Of a DNA stretch of 64,000 bases, positions 9,735 to 20,072 are shown in pieces. The translations under genes were made by a program, and so were the position numbers. Position 1 is the stretch's first letter. The number at the start of each line of letters is the position of its first letter. The stretch covers positions 37,932 to 101,931 of the forward strand of contig JAYRWY010000016.1 of assembly GCA_041917755.1 (NCBI GenBank), in the 5' to 3' direction. The notes beneath the pieces were generated by a model. That model was given only the letters and a program-made list of their open reading frames with translations, had not been told where the DNA came from and did not search any database. The DNA comes from Alphaproteobacteria bacterium (GTDB taxonomy: Bacteria; Pseudomonadota; Alphaproteobacteria; UBA9219; RGZA01).

Positions 9735-10841
9735 CTACACATTAAAACGGAAATGGCAGATATCCCCGTCATTCATCACGTATTCTTTGCCTTCCATACG
9801 CAGCTTACCGGCATCGCGGCATGCCGCCTCCCCGCCTAGCTTGATAAAGCTATCGATATCGATAACTTCGGCTTTGATGAATCCTTTTTCGAAATCGGTA
9901 TGAATAACCCCTGCCGCCTGCGGCGCTTTGGAATTACGCTTCAATGTCCATGCATGGGTTTCTTTTGGCCCCACCGTAAAGAAGGTAATGAGGTTGAGGA
10001 GCGCGTAACCTGCGCGAATAATCCGGTTTAACCCCGGTTCATTCAATCCCATGCTGGAAAGATATTCCTTTTGCTCTTCTGGCGTGGCCAATTGCGACAC
10101 TTCAGCTTCAATCGCAGCAGAAATTACTACGGCTTGGGTGTTCTCTGCTTTGGCGCGCTCGAATACTTTGGCTGAATGCTGATTGCCATTGGCCGCTGCA
10201 CTTTCTTCGACATTACATACATAAAGCACTGGCTTTGCGGTAATCAGTTGCAGATTTCTGAAATGCGGCTCTTGCGCTGCCGTCAATGTGCCAATTAATT
10301 GGCGTGCGGGCTTCCCGTCTTGAAGCAGCTTCAATGCCGCTTCAATCACTTCCATCTGCGTTTTGGCTTCCATATCACCCGATTTGGCCTTTTTGGTAAT
10401 GGCGTTCAAACGCTTTTCCAGATTATCCATATCGGAAATCATCAATTCGGTATCCACCGTCTCTGCATCACGAATGGGGTCAACCGAACCTTCAACGTGG
10501 GTGATATCCCCATCTTCAAAACAACGTAAGACATGGATGATGGCATCAACTTCACGGATAGTTCCAAGGAACTGGTTACCAAGGCCTTCCCCCTTGCTCG
10601 CACCGCGCACAAGTCCTGCTATATCCACAAACTCTAATTGGGTTGGAACAACCTTCACGGAATTGGCAATCTTGGCCAATTGTTCGATACGTTCATCCGG
10701 AACAGCCACACGGCCTGTATTCGGTTCAATCGTGCAGAATGGATAGTTTGCTGCCTGTGCAGCCTGCGTGCTGGTCAGCGCGTTAAATAAGGTCGACTTA
10801 CCAACGTTTGGCAAACCCACAATTCCACAATTAAAACCCAT
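9735..10841 (-). CDS. ychF: Ribosome-binding ATPase YchF (Obg-family GTPase)
   Basis: MGFNCGIVGLPNVGKSTLFNALT P-loop, a TGS C-terminal domain and typical length. Confidence 0.93.
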   Translation of the reverse strand: MGFNCGIVGLPNVGKSTLFNALTSTQAAQAANYPFCTIEPNTGRVAVPDERIEQLAKIANSVKVVPTQLEFVDIAGLVRGASKGEGLGNQFLGTIREVDAIIHVLRCFEDGDITHVEGSVDPIRDAETVDTELMISDMDNLEKRLNAITKKAKSGDMEAKTQMEVIEAALKLLQDGKPARQLIGTLTAAQEPHFRNLQLITAKPVLYVCNVEESAAANGNQHSAKVFERAKAENTQAVVISAAIEAEVSQLATPEEQKEYLSSMGLNEPGLNRIIRAGYALLNLITFFTVGPKETHAWTLKRNSKAPQAAGVIHTDFEKGFIKAEVIDIDSFIKLGGEAACRDAGKLRMEGKEYVMNDGDICHFRFNV

Positions 10842-10918
10842 AAGACGTTCTCTTTATATATGTAAGATGAAAAGTGCCGCTAAGTTAGTAAGGTCCCGTT
10901 TCAAGCACAAGGCCTACC

Positions 10919-11500
10919 TTAAGCGCTCACCAACTTATTGATATAATCGCTGTGCTTGGCATTTAACAACAAAGGCAGGTGCTCGGCTGATTTTTGCAGC
11001 AAGGCTTCCAGCCAGCCACGCTCGGCCTTGGCAAAGTCCGACAACACATAATTAGAAACTATTTCTGACTTATCAGGCGCACGCGGGTCAGGATGGCCAA
11101 TGCCAAGGCGCACGCGCCAATAATTCTGCCCCATATGCTCATCAATTGATTTAATACCGTTATGCCCGCCTGCCCCGCCGCCCTGCTTGATTTTTACTTT
11201 GGCAGGAGCCACATCCAGCTCGTCATGAAATACAAAAACATTACCAAGCGGGATTTTATAAAACTGCGCAGCAGCCTGTACGCTACTGCCGGATAAATTC
11301 ATATAGGTCTGCGGCTTAAGCAGAATGATTTTATCATCCACACCCGCGACACTACCCTCAGATATCTCGGCCTGAAACTTTTTTTTCCATGGTGAAAAAG
11401 AAAAATGGCGGTGGATCTCATCCACCGCCATAAATCCAATGTTGTGACGATGTTGCTGGTATTTCGAACCGGGGTTCCCAAGACCAACAAGTAGCCACAT
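10919..11500 (-). CDS. pth: Peptidyl-tRNA hydrolase
   Basis: MWLLVGLGNPGSKYQQHRHNIGF signature. 193 aa. Confidence 0.93.
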   Translation of the reverse strand: MWLLVGLGNPGSKYQQHRHNIGFMAVDEIHRHFSFSPWKKKFQAEISEGSVAGVDDKIILLKPQTYMNLSGSSVQAAAQFYKIPLGNVFVFHDELDVAPAKVKIKQGGGAGGHNGIKSIDEHMGQNYWRVRLGIGHPDPRAPDKSEIVSNYVLSDFAKAERGWLEALLQKSAEHLPLLLNAKHSDYINKLVSA

Positions 11501-11506
11501 AAGCTA

Positions 11507-12253
11507 TTACTTCTTCGCTGGAGCTTTCGCAGCCGCTGCAGGTGCAGCGCCTGGTTTAGCAGCCGCCGCAGGGGCAGCACCAGCTTTCGCAGCCGCCGCA
11601 GGTGCAGCAGCGCCCGCCGCCGGAGCAGCAGCCGCATCAGCAGCAACAGCCGTGGTAGCGGTTTCTTCTTTAACAACCGTCGGCGCAGCAACGCTGGCGA
11701 TGGTGGTGTCTTTGTTACCAAGAATTGGGGTTACATCCGCAGGAAGCTTAATGTCTTCCAAATGGATGGTATCGCCGATGTTCTTGCCTTCCAAATCAAT
11801 CGTGATTTTTTCAGGAATATGTTCAGGTGAGCAGCTGAGCTGAATTTGATGCTGCACAATATTCAGTGCACCACCGCGCTTCAAGCCAGGCGACTTATCC
11901 TGATTGATAAAGAATACTGGTACGAATACGCGTACTTTGGTACCCGAGGTCACGCGCAACAAGTCAACGTGCAGAACACGATCGGTGATCGGGTCAAATT
12001 GCACATCGCGTGGAATAACGCGCATGGTCTTACCGTTTGCTTCGATATCCATCAAATGGGTAAAGAAACCAGCCTTCTGGCTGATGGGAACAAAGGTTCT
12101 TTCTTCAAGGGATACCATCACAGGTGCTTCCTTGCCGCCATACACGACACCAGGAATACGACCTTCTGAACGTACAGCACGAGCATTCCCCTTACCGGCC
12201 CGCGCGCGGAGTTCAGCTTTTACTTTTTGAACTTGCGTCATTTTATTCTCCAT
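11507..12253 (-). CDS. rplY: 50S ribosomal protein L25 (general stress protein Ctc form) with Ala/Pro/Lys-rich C-terminal extension
   Basis: N-terminal L25 fold (RARAGKGNARAVRSEGRIPGVVYGG), then a long AAPAAGAAAPAAAAK tail as seen in alphaproteobacterial L25. Part of the pth-rplY-prs cluster. Confidence 0.9.
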   Translation of the reverse strand: MENKMTQVQKVKAELRARAGKGNARAVRSEGRIPGVVYGGKEAPVMVSLEERTFVPISQKAGFFTHLMDIEANGKTMRVIPRDVQFDPITDRVLHVDLLRVTSGTKVRVFVPVFFINQDKSPGLKRGGALNIVQHQIQLSCSPEHIPEKITIDLEGKNIGDTIHLEDIKLPADVTPILGNKDTTIASVAAPTVVKEETATTAVAADAAAAPAAGAAAPAAAAKAGAAPAAAAKPGAAPAAAAKAPAKK

Positions 12254-12332
12254 ACAAAACGCATTTCTTTGCGACCGTACCTCCAGGGGTGCACGTATCG
12301 CACCAACATCACAACATGCGGTGTTGATTTAG

Positions 12333-13271
12333 TTATTCGAACAAACTGGATACAGAACGCTCCTCGCTAATCCGTAAAACGGCTTCAGCGAGTAACGGAG
12401 CGACGCTCAGTTGTTCGATTTTGCCAGCGGCTTTAACCTCCGGCGTGGCGAGGATACTATCAGTAATTACCAGCTTTTCCAGAGGAGATTTATTAACTCT
12501 TGCAACAGCCTCGCCCGACAGAACCCCATGAGTTATATAGGATTTTACCGATTTAGCCCCGGCTTCCATCAAGGCAACCGCAGCGTTGCACAAGGTTCCG
12601 GCACTGTCCACGATGTCATCCACCAGAATACAGTCCTTGCCCTTTACCGAGCCGATAATGTTCATGACTTCAGAAACACCGGCTTGTTCACGGCGTTTAT
12701 CAATAATCGCCAGATCCGCATCAATACGTTTTGCAAGGGATCGTGCACGCACCACGCCGCCCACATCGGGGGAAACCACAACGATATTCGCATCTTTCAT
12801 GGTCGACTTAATGTGTTTGATGAACACAGGTGCCGCATGAAGATTATCAAGCGGAATATCAAAAAATCCCTGAATTTGTCCGGCATGTAGATCCATGGTC
12901 AACATGCGGTCGGCCCCTGCAACAGTCAAAAGATTGGCGACCAACTTGGCGGAAATAGGCGAACGTGGGCCGGTCTTTCTGTCTTGGCGCGCATAACCGT
13001 AATAAGGTACCACGGCAGTGATGCGGCGGGCAGAGCCGCGCTTCAACGCATCCATGGTTATGAGCAATTCCATAAGGTTATCATTGGTCGGAAAGGATGT
13101 CGGCTGGATGACAAATACGTCTTCACCACGTACGTTTTCCAGAATTTCAACAAACACTTCCATATCGGCAAAACGGCGAACCACCGCCTTGGTCAGGGCC
13201 ATACCCAAATGACTGGCAATGGCTTCGGCTAAAACACGGTTACTATTACCTGCAATGAGCTTCATGGACAC
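12333..13271 (-). CDS. prs: Ribose-phosphate pyrophosphokinase (PRPP synthetase)
   Basis: [22 protein letters not shown]-terminus and the PRPP-binding loop DDIVDSAGT. Confidence 0.95.
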   Translation of the reverse strand: MSMKLIAGNSNRVLAEAIASHLGMALTKAVVRRFADMEVFVEILENVRGEDVFVIQPTSFPTNDNLMELLITMDALKRGSARRITAVVPYYGYARQDRKTGPRSPISAKLVANLLTVAGADRMLTMDLHAGQIQGFFDIPLDNLHAAPVFIKHIKSTMKDANIVVVSPDVGGVVRARSLAKRIDADLAIIDKRREQAGVSEVMNIIGSVKGKDCILVDDIVDSAGTLCNAAVALMEAGAKSVKSYITHGVLSGEAVARVNKSPLEKLVITDSILATPEVKAAGKIEQLSVAPLLAEAVLRISEERSVSSLFE

Positions 13272-13456
13272 ATCTTATATAGGTGGTGGGGCGACCCCCA
13301 TCTTCTAGCATTACAGATGCCTATCGCCAAGCCCAACTTCGCGTTAATAGTTGCATATGATATAGCTGTTGACGGCTCTATTCGCCCCCTTTATACAAAA
13401 CGGTCTTGAACTGCTGAAAAAGCAAAGAAGAAGAGCACCAAAGAAAGAAGTAACGA

Positions 13457-13726
13457 ATGGCCACCCATAAATCTGCTGAGAAACGCGCCCGCCAATCCAT
13501 TGTTCGCACCGCTCGCAACAAGGCACGCAAATCCCGTGTTCACACTGCAACCCGTAAAGTGGAAGAAGCAGTAACCAAAAAAGATTACAAAGCCGCACAA
13601 GAAGCATTGCGCGCCGCTCAACCAGAATTGGCACGCGCCGCAAGCAAAGGCACCATTCCTAAAAAGCGCGCTGCACGCAAGATGTCACGTCTTTCAGCCC
13701 GCGTAAAAAAATTGAAGTCAGCTTAA
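13457..13726 (+). CDS. rpsT: 30S ribosomal protein S20
   Basis: 89 aa, basic. [26 protein letters not shown]. It sits upstream of dnaA, as in many alphaproteobacteria. Confidence 0.9.
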   Translation: MATHKSAEKRARQSIVRTARNKARKSRVHTATRKVEEAVTKKDYKAAQEALRAAQPELARAASKGTIPKKRAARKMSRLSARVKKLKSA

Positions 13727-13760
13727 TCGGCTGTACATTCAAATAGCGATAAGCGTTTTT

Positions 13761-13796
13761 AAAAAACACTGCTGCACATCGGCAGTGTTTTTTTAT
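13761..13796 (+). terminator. Intrinsic terminator after rpsT
   Basis: ACACTGCTG-cacatc-GGCAGTGT hairpin followed by TTTTTTTAT. Confidence 0.7.
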
Positions 13797-14603
13797 GCCT
13801 GAATTTTTTTATATGACTGTATTTTATGCAAGTGTTGCAGAAAAAATCTCGCAACTGCAAAAAAGTTCATCACAAAAACTAATCAAAAAGTCTAAGAAAA
13901 AAATTCTGCGTTTCATCCATCATCCACAACACCCCGTTTCATCGGGCAAGAAAGATTTTTGGAATTCTGTCAACGTGAAATTTTATCAAACGCAGCGGTT
14001 TAGATAAAAATTTTTGTTCTCGCTTTTGTCCCCTTGCAGGATGCAGAGCGAATGGTCTAAGGTCATTTCTGTAAGCACGGTGAGTTACAAAAATAACGCC
14101 GCAAAATGATAACCATCATGATGCAAATTATTTTTTAGCTGATAAAAAACGAAACGCTTCTGCTAAAAACGTTTCAAATTTTTTATGGCTCTCATCGCTC
14201 TTTCAAAAAAATGTTTGCCTGATTAGGTTCTAAGAACTACCGTACCAAAAACCAACCATTTGGAACGTTCTACAATTTGTGCTTTTAGGGCCTTCACTTG
14301 AAGGGACCCACATGACAACGTGAAGACCTATCGATCGATAGTCGTCATCGCCTCTTGGAAAAAAAGCCAGTCGTATGATGTTTCGATCTATGATGAGGTC
14401 CACACTATGCACGCAGTTCGGCTTATCCAATCGTCCGCTTCCATCTCGAAGAGACCTGCCGAACAAAATTGCGAGCAACCGTTGTCATCTCATTCTCCCT
14501 GCCATTAAAAATTAGACGTTAGTCAATAACGCTACTCATACCCGAAACCGGGTTCAGTCTTTTGTTTGCTTTTGCCTGAATACATAAGTTGGAAGAAATA
14601 AAT
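13797..14603 (+). promoter_or_regulatory. Long AT-rich rpsT-dnaA intergenic region. It holds the dnaA promoter and leader, weak DnaA-box-like sequences, and is a possible (unproven) origin-proximal region.
   Basis: About 800 bp without a credible CDS. Near matches to TTATCCACA are TCATCCACA at about 13923 and TTATCCAAT at about 14425. There are A/T tracts. No clustered perfect DnaA boxes. Confidence 0.3.
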
Positions 14604-16043
14604 ATGTCCTCAACGTCTGGCTCACACAGCTCCGCTTCTGCCTCGCCATCATGGGAATTGGTAAAGGGCAAAGTACGTGAGCAATTTGGCGAAACCATCT
14701 TTAAACGCTGGTTAGAACCGCTTGTTTGCAAGCATTGGGGCGCCGAGGTCCAACTGGCCCTCCCCACCCGTTTCATGAAGGACTGGGTCGATACCCACTA
14801 CACCGATAAACTAAGAACCCTATTCCAGGAAATCGACGCTAACGTCAAAGAAATCCAACTCACGGTTGAAAGCGCGCTTACTTCTGCTGCTGCATCCACC
14901 GCCCCTTCCAATGTTCATCCTCTGCGTACACCCGTAGATGATCAAAAAATGTCCCGCCCTGCCATTTCACATATTGGTCTTACCAATACCTCAGGCGGCT
15001 ATACAGGTGACCGCGAAGATATCTCTTCTCCACTCGATCCACGCTTCACCTTTGAAAGCTTTGTCGTTGGCAAACCAAACGAACTTGCATACGCAGCAGC
15101 ACGCCGCGTTGCCGAAGCCAGCCAGGTTAGCTTCAATCCGCTTTTCCTATATGGTGGTGTTGGTCTGGGTAAAACCCATTTGATGCATGCCATCGCGTGG
15201 CACATCCGCAAGACCAATCCCGCACGCCGCGTGATGTATCTATCGGCTGAAAAGTTCATGTATCAATTCGTGCGCGCTCTGCGCTTTAAAGATACCATGG
15301 CGTTTAAGGAACAGTTCCGCTCCATCGATGTACTGATGATTGATGATATCCAATTCATCAGCGGCAAGGATTCAACCCAGGAAGAATTCTTCCACACCTT
15401 TAACACGCTAGTTGACCAAAACCGCCAAGTCATCGTTTCGGCTGATAAATCCCCGCATGATCTGGAAAAGATTGAAGAACGCCTGCGTTCACGCCTCGGT
15501 TGGGGTCTTTGCGCTGACCTTCACCCCACCAGCTATGAATTACGCCTTGGCATTCTCCATACCAAAGCCGAAGCAATGAAATGTGCCGTTCCAGAAAAGG
15601 TTCTGGAATTCTTGGGCCACCGTATTACCTCCAACGTTCGCGAACTCGAAGGCGCGCTGAACCGCATCATCGCCCATTCGCAACTCATTGGTCGCCCCAT
15701 CACCTTGGAAACCACCCAAGAACTCCTGCAAGATTTGCTGCGCGCAACCTCACGCCGCGTAACCATCGAAGAAATCCAAAAGAAGGTCGCTGAACATTAC
15801 AATGTGAAGCTGGCCGATATGCACTCCCCGCGCCGTGCACGTGCCGTTGCACGCCCACGCCAAGTGGCCATGTATCTGGCCAAGCAACTCACCACCCGTT
15901 CCTTGCCGGAAATTGGCCGTAAATTCGGCGGACGTGACCATACCACGGTTATCCATGCCGTTCGTAAAATCGAAGAATTGCGTGGCGGCGATGCTACCTT
16001 GTCGGAAGACGTAGAATTGCTGAAGCGCTTATTGCAGCAATAA
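14604..16043 (+). CDS. dnaA: Chromosomal replication initiator DnaA
   Basis: AAA+ Walker [14 protein letters not shown], box VII, and a C-terminal HTH DNA-binding domain. The ORF-track start at 14589 is TTG. I prefer ATG at 14604 with a GGAAG RBS. Confidence 0.95.
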   Translation: MSSTSGSHSSASASPSWELVKGKVREQFGETIFKRWLEPLVCKHWGAEVQLALPTRFMKDWVDTHYTDKLRTLFQEIDANVKEIQLTVESALTSAAASTAPSNVHPLRTPVDDQKMSRPAISHIGLTNTSGGYTGDREDISSPLDPRFTFESFVVGKPNELAYAAARRVAEASQVSFNPLFLYGGVGLGKTHLMHAIAWHIRKTNPARRVMYLSAEKFMYQFVRALRFKDTMAFKEQFRSIDVLMIDDIQFISGKDSTQEEFFHTFNTLVDQNRQVIVSADKSPHDLEKIEERLRSRLGWGLCADLHPTSYELRLGILHTKAEAMKCAVPEKVLEFLGHRITSNVRELEGALNRIIAHSQLIGRPITLETTQELLQDLLRATSRRVTIEEIQKKVAEHYNVKLADMHSPRRARAVARPRQVAMYLAKQLTTRSLPEIGRKFGGRDHTTVIHAVRKIEELRGGDATLSEDVELLKRLLQQ

Positions 16044-16089
16044 GCTGTAATCGCTACCATGTTCCCAACATTCAACGTTGGGGGCATCC

Positions 16090-16497
16090 ATGGTTCAAAT
16101 CAATCTTACCTATAAGGGCAATCTGCGCTGCGAAGCTGTGCACGAGCCATCAGGCACCACCCTTATTACCGATGCACCCAAAGACAATCACGGCATGGGC
16201 GCCAGCTTCTCCCCGACTGATTTGGTGGCAACCGCACTTGGCGGCTGCATCCTGACCACCATGGAAATTGTGGCGCGGCGTATGGATATCGCGCTGGATG
16301 GTGCAACCGCCACGGTTGAGAAAGAAATGGCCACGCTGCCAAGCCGCAAAATCGGCAAACTCACCGTCCACATCACCGTTCCCGTAAAAGTCAGCGATGA
16401 GGCACGCCAGAAGCTGGAACATGCCGCCCATGCCTGCCCCGTTCACAAAAGCCTGCATCCCGATGTCCAAATGCCCATCACCTTCAACTGGGCATAA
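16090..16497 (+). CDS. OsmC/Ohr-family peroxiredoxin-like protein
   Basis: About 135 aa. OsmC-like pattern with two conserved Cys (ALGGCILTT ... [10 protein letters not shown]). I moved the start to ATG at 16090 because the track start is TTG. Confidence 0.7.
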   Translation: MVQINLTYKGNLRCEAVHEPSGTTLITDAPKDNHGMGASFSPTDLVATALGGCILTTMEIVARRMDIALDGATATVEKEMATLPSRKIGKLTVHITVPVKVSDEARQKLEHAAHACPVHKSLHPDVQMPITFNWA

Positions 16498-16571
16498 GCT
16501 CTTGCCAATCGGCTAAACTCTTGTTACGAAAGAGAAGTAATTCTCGCCTCTCCTCTTCTATTGGATTCCTC

Positions 16572-17693
16572 ATGAAGGTTGTTCTGGAACGTAATGTTCT
16601 CCTTAAAACACTCGGCCACGTGCAAAGTGTAGTCGAGCGGCGCAATACCATCCCCATTCTTGCCAATGTTCTCATCCGTGCGGATAAAGATGGCGTATCT
16701 TTTGTCGCCACTGACATGGATTTGGAAATGACCGAAAAGGTCGCTGCGCAAGTTTCAAAGCCCGGCTCCAAAACGGCTCCCGCCCACACCCTTTATGATA
16801 TCGTGCGCAAACTTCCCGAAGGCGCGCAGGTTGAACTCTCTGCCACCGAAACCGGCAATCAGATGCAGCTCAGCTCCGGTCGCTCTAACTTCAAACTCGG
16901 CTGCTTGCCGGTTGATGACTTCCCGACCATGTCGGAAGGCGATTTGCAACATCGCTTCACCCTCTCCTCGGCTGATTTCAAAACCTTGATTGATCGCACC
17001 CGCTTTGCGATGTCGGTGGAAGAAACCCGCTACTACCTCAATGGTATTTATATTCACACCACTAAGACCAAGGGTGACCTTGCTGTTCTTCGTGCCGTTG
17101 CAACTGACGGCCATCGTTTGGCACGTCTTGAAATGCCTGCCCCACGCGAAGCTGGCACAATGTCCGGTGTTATTCTGCCACGCAAAGCCGTTGCCGAAAT
17201 CCGCAAATTGCTTGATGAAACCACATCCGACATCACCATCGCCCTTTCCGCCAGCAAGGCACGCGTCAGCTTTGATAACGTCGTGATGACCTCCAAGCTG
17301 ATTGATGGCACCTTCCCTGATTACGAACGTGTTATCCCAACCGGTAACGACAAAACTTTGGAAGTTCCAGCCAAGGTTCTTGCCAATGCCGTTGACCGCG
17401 TAGCGACCATTTCATCTGAAAAATCGCGTGCAATTAAAATTGCCTTGTCAAAAAACCTGCTGACCCTTTCGGCCAGCAGCCCCGAAGCAGGCAGCGCCGT
17501 TGAAGAACTCGAAGTATCGTATAAAGGCGAAGCCATCGAAATCGGTTTCAATGCCCGCTACCTGCTCGATATTCTTTCACAAATCGAAGGTGAAGGCGCA
17601 CGTTTCAGCATGGCCGATGCAGCATCACCCACCATCGTTCAAGATGTGTCGGATGCAAGCGCGCTCTACGTGCTCATGCCGATGCGTGTATAG
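16572..17693 (+). CDS. dnaN: DNA polymerase III beta sliding clamp
   Basis: MKVVLERNVLLKTLGHVQSVVERRNTIPILANVLI is the canonical DnaN N-terminus. 373 aa from ATG at 16572 (the track start is upstream). Confidence 0.95.
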   Translation: MKVVLERNVLLKTLGHVQSVVERRNTIPILANVLIRADKDGVSFVATDMDLEMTEKVAAQVSKPGSKTAPAHTLYDIVRKLPEGAQVELSATETGNQMQLSSGRSNFKLGCLPVDDFPTMSEGDLQHRFTLSSADFKTLIDRTRFAMSVEETRYYLNGIYIHTTKTKGDLAVLRAVATDGHRLARLEMPAPREAGTMSGVILPRKAVAEIRKLLDETTSDITIALSASKARVSFDNVVMTSKLIDGTFPDYERVIPTGNDKTLEVPAKVLANAVDRVATISSEKSRAIKIALSKNLLTLSASSPEAGSAVEELEVSYKGEAIEIGFNARYLLDILSQIEGEGARFSMADAASPTIVQDVSDASALYVLMPMRV

Positions 17694-17699
17694 TCATCA

Positions 17700-18845
17700 A
17701 TGACCGCGCAGGCGATCACCCGCCTCCATCTCGAAGCCTTTCGTAATTACGATACCCTCAATCTTGAATTGAGCCCTTCGCCTGTCATTCTGGTAGGCGA
17801 AAATGGCGCGGGCAAAACCAATATCCTGGAAGCGATTAGTTTACTCAGCCCCGGGCGCGGCCTGCGCCGCGCGGCGATTGCCGAATTACACAACACCCAC
17901 ACCCCCGCCGAACAACCATGGGCGGCCTTTTTTGAAATTAATGGCAAACGCGGCGAAGTACGCATCGGCATGGGGCGCGATCCCGAAAGTACACCTGAAA
18001 AAGAACGCCGCCTATTACGCATCGATGGAAAAACCGTAAAAGGCCAAACCGCTCTTGCCGACCATGTCAACGTCATTTGGCTAACACCTGAGATGGACAG
18101 GCTTCTGGCCGAAAGTGCCAGCGAACGCCGCAAATTTGCCGACCGCCTTGCTTTCGCCCTCGACCCCAGCCATTCCACCCGCATCAACCGCTATGATGAA
18201 GCCATGCGGTCGCGTGCGCGCTTATTGCGTGATGGCATGATGGATGATTCATGGCTCAGTGCGCTGGAAGCCAGCATGGCGCAAGATGGCATAGCAATTG
18301 CCGCCGCACGCAATGAATGGATAACGCATATCCGCCATCATTTAAATGATGATCCTCATCCCTTCCCGCGCGTATCTGTTTCCATTGATGGCTTCTTGGA
18401 AAAATATCTTGAAAGCCATTCGGCTTTAGATACCGAAGCCCTATTCAAAACCATGCTGAAGCAAAACCGCGCGCATGATGCCGCCAGCGGCATTACCACA
18501 ACGGGAACGCACCGCAGTGATGTCGAAGTACACCACGTCACTAAAAACATGCCCGCGCATTTATGCTCAACGGGGGAACAAAAAGCATTATTGATTAGCC
18601 TGATCTTGGCGCAGGCGCGATTACTTCGTGCGATCCACCAATCCACCCCCCTTATTCTGCTGGATGATATCACCGCGCATCTGGATGAATTACGCCGCGA
18701 TGCGCTCGCCCGGCAATTATTGGCCCTGGGTAGCCAAGCATGGCTCAGCGGTACCGATAACAGTTTTTTTAGCGGCTTCCAGCAAAACGCGCAGTTCTTA
18801 AGCATCGAAAACGGGCATATTACCAAGCAAATCAAAGCCGCTTGA
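17700..18845 (+). CDS. recF: DNA replication and repair protein RecF
   Basis: Walker A LVGENGAGKTNILEAISLLSPGRGLR and an SMC-like signature near the C-terminus. The dnaA-dnaN-recF order is conserved. Confidence 0.93.
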   Translation: MTAQAITRLHLEAFRNYDTLNLELSPSPVILVGENGAGKTNILEAISLLSPGRGLRRAAIAELHNTHTPAEQPWAAFFEINGKRGEVRIGMGRDPESTPEKERRLLRIDGKTVKGQTALADHVNVIWLTPEMDRLLAESASERRKFADRLAFALDPSHSTRINRYDEAMRSRARLLRDGMMDDSWLSALEASMAQDGIAIAAARNEWITHIRHHLNDDPHPFPRVSVSIDGFLEKYLESHSALDTEALFKTMLKQNRAHDAASGITTTGTHRSDVEVHHVTKNMPAHLCSTGEQKALLISLILAQARLLRAIHQSTPLILLDDITAHLDELRRDALARQLLALGSQAWLSGTDNSFFSGFQQNAQFLSIENGHITKQIKAA

Positions 18846-18902
18846 CGATTGGGCCTTTGCGCACCACCTTACTCCCATCATTCATAACAACCGGAGCATG
18901 CG

Positions 18903-19454
18903 ATGTTCATCCAGACCGAACAGACCCCCAACCCCGCAACATTGAAATTTCTTCCGGGGCAAACCGTGCTTCCCTCAGGCGTTGCCGATTTTCCAAGTGC
19001 GGATAAGGCAGGCTCTTCACCTCTCGCCAAAGCGCTCTTCGCGGTAGATGGCGTTGCAGGCGTTTTTTTGGGTTCCGATTTTATCACCATCACCAAATCC
19101 GCAAATAAGGAATGGTCAACCCTGAAGCCGCATGTACTTGCAGCCATCATGGATCATTTGCTATCCGGTCTTCCAGCCATCAGCGAACAATCCGCAACGG
19201 CTACACCAGCAAATGCAGATGATAGCGACGTCGTTAAACAAATCTGCGAATTAATCGAACAACGCGTTCGCCCCGCCGTTGCCCAGGATGGCGGCGACAT
19301 CACCTTCAACCGCTTTGAAGAAGGCGTGGTTTACTTGAATTTAAAAGGTTCCTGCGCGGGCTGCCCATCTTCCACTGCCACACTAAAATCCGGCATTGAA
19401 AATATGCTAAAACACTACATCCCCGAAGTGATTGAGGTCAGACAAGTATCATGA
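18903..19454 (+). CDS. NifU/Nfu-family Fe-S cluster scaffold protein (Nfu N-terminal domain plus CxxC NifU C-domain)
   Basis: N-terminal Nfu_N-like region and a C-terminal ...GSCAGCPSS... CxxC motif. Confidence 0.7.
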   Translation: MFIQTEQTPNPATLKFLPGQTVLPSGVADFPSADKAGSSPLAKALFAVDGVAGVFLGSDFITITKSANKEWSTLKPHVLAAIMDHLLSGLPAISEQSATATPANADDSDVVKQICELIEQRVRPAVAQDGGDITFNRFEEGVVYLNLKGSCAGCPSSTATLKSGIENMLKHYIPEVIEVRQVS

Positions 19455-20059
19455 GCCATATCGTCCTTATTAGCGGCTCACACCGCCAAAATTCACAGTC
19501 ACGCAAAGTTGCCAACTACGCGGCTGCAAATATCACACGTCTCAATCCTGCAGTTACAACCGACATCATTGATTTAGCCGGCAATCCGCTTCCCTTATGG
19601 GATGGCGAAGGCAGTAAACCCGACAGCGCAACGGGTAAAGTCTGGCAACCTATGGCCGCACGCCTGCAAAAAGCTGATGGCCTCGTGGTGATTTCGCCTG
19701 AATGGCACGGCATGGTTCCTGCAGGGCTAAAAAACTTTTTTCTGCACGCCACAGGCAAAGAAGTAGGCCACAAACCCGCAATGATTATCAGCGTTTCTGC
19801 TGGCCATGGCGGCACTTATCCAGTCGCCGAACTACGCATGAGCAGCTATAAAAATAGCCGCATCGTCTACACACCCGACCACGTTATTTTGCAAAACGTC
19901 ACCAACATTCTGAACGGCGATACCGAAGCAGATAAAACCGATGGTTATCTTCGCCGCCGTATCGAATTCGGTCTGCGTACCCTGCTTGCCTATACCGAAG
20001 CGTTTAAATCCATTCGTGCCGCTGGTTTGGATAATCCGGAATTTGCAAACGGCCAATAA
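19451..20059 (+). CDS. NAD(P)H-dependent FMN reductase family flavoprotein
   Basis: IVLISGSHRQNSQSRKVANYAA flavodoxin-like N-terminus, typical of the NADPH-dependent FMN reductase family. Confidence 0.6.
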   Translation: MSHIVLISGSHRQNSQSRKVANYAAANITRLNPAVTTDIIDLAGNPLPLWDGEGSKPDSATGKVWQPMAARLQKADGLVVISPEWHGMVPAGLKNFFLHATGKEVGHKPAMIISVSAGHGGTYPVAELRMSSYKNSRIVYTPDHVILQNVTNILNGDTEADKTDGYLRRRIEFGLRTLLAYTEAFKSIRAAGLDNPEFANGQ

Positions 20060-20072
20060 TGTTGAAGCCTCA

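Noticed and set aside
11507-11700. Tandem GCA/GCC repeats that might be taken for a repeat array
   Set aside because: They are coding repeats for the L25 C-terminal tail. No spacer-repeat architecture exists here or anywhere in the window, and no CRISPR array is present.
11299-11721. 140-aa Arg/Leu-rich ORF on the minus strand and other overlapping ORFs around 11.5-11.7 kb
   Set aside because: These are alternative frames of the repetitive GCN-rich DNA that encodes the Ala/Pro/Lys tail of L25 (rplY). They are low-complexity shadow ORFs inside a well-supported gene.
13795-14007. 70-aa ORF (MPEFFYMTVFYAS...KKSKKK...) in the rpsT-dnaA spacer
   Set aside because: AT-rich low-complexity translation, no RBS, and it lies in a regulatory leader. 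Most likely not coding.
14589-14603. ORF-track starts that are TTG/GTG codons shown as M (dnaA 14589, osmC 16078, dnaN 16521, rimP 30948, inserted gene 36302, DUF2125 62652, phasin-like 53738)
   Set aside because: I replaced these with the nearest downstream ATG that has an RBS or matches the conserved N-terminus. The upstream extensions run through terminator hairpins or lack RBSs. lpxD (GTG at 57785, good RBS) and lnt (GTG at 26291) were kept.
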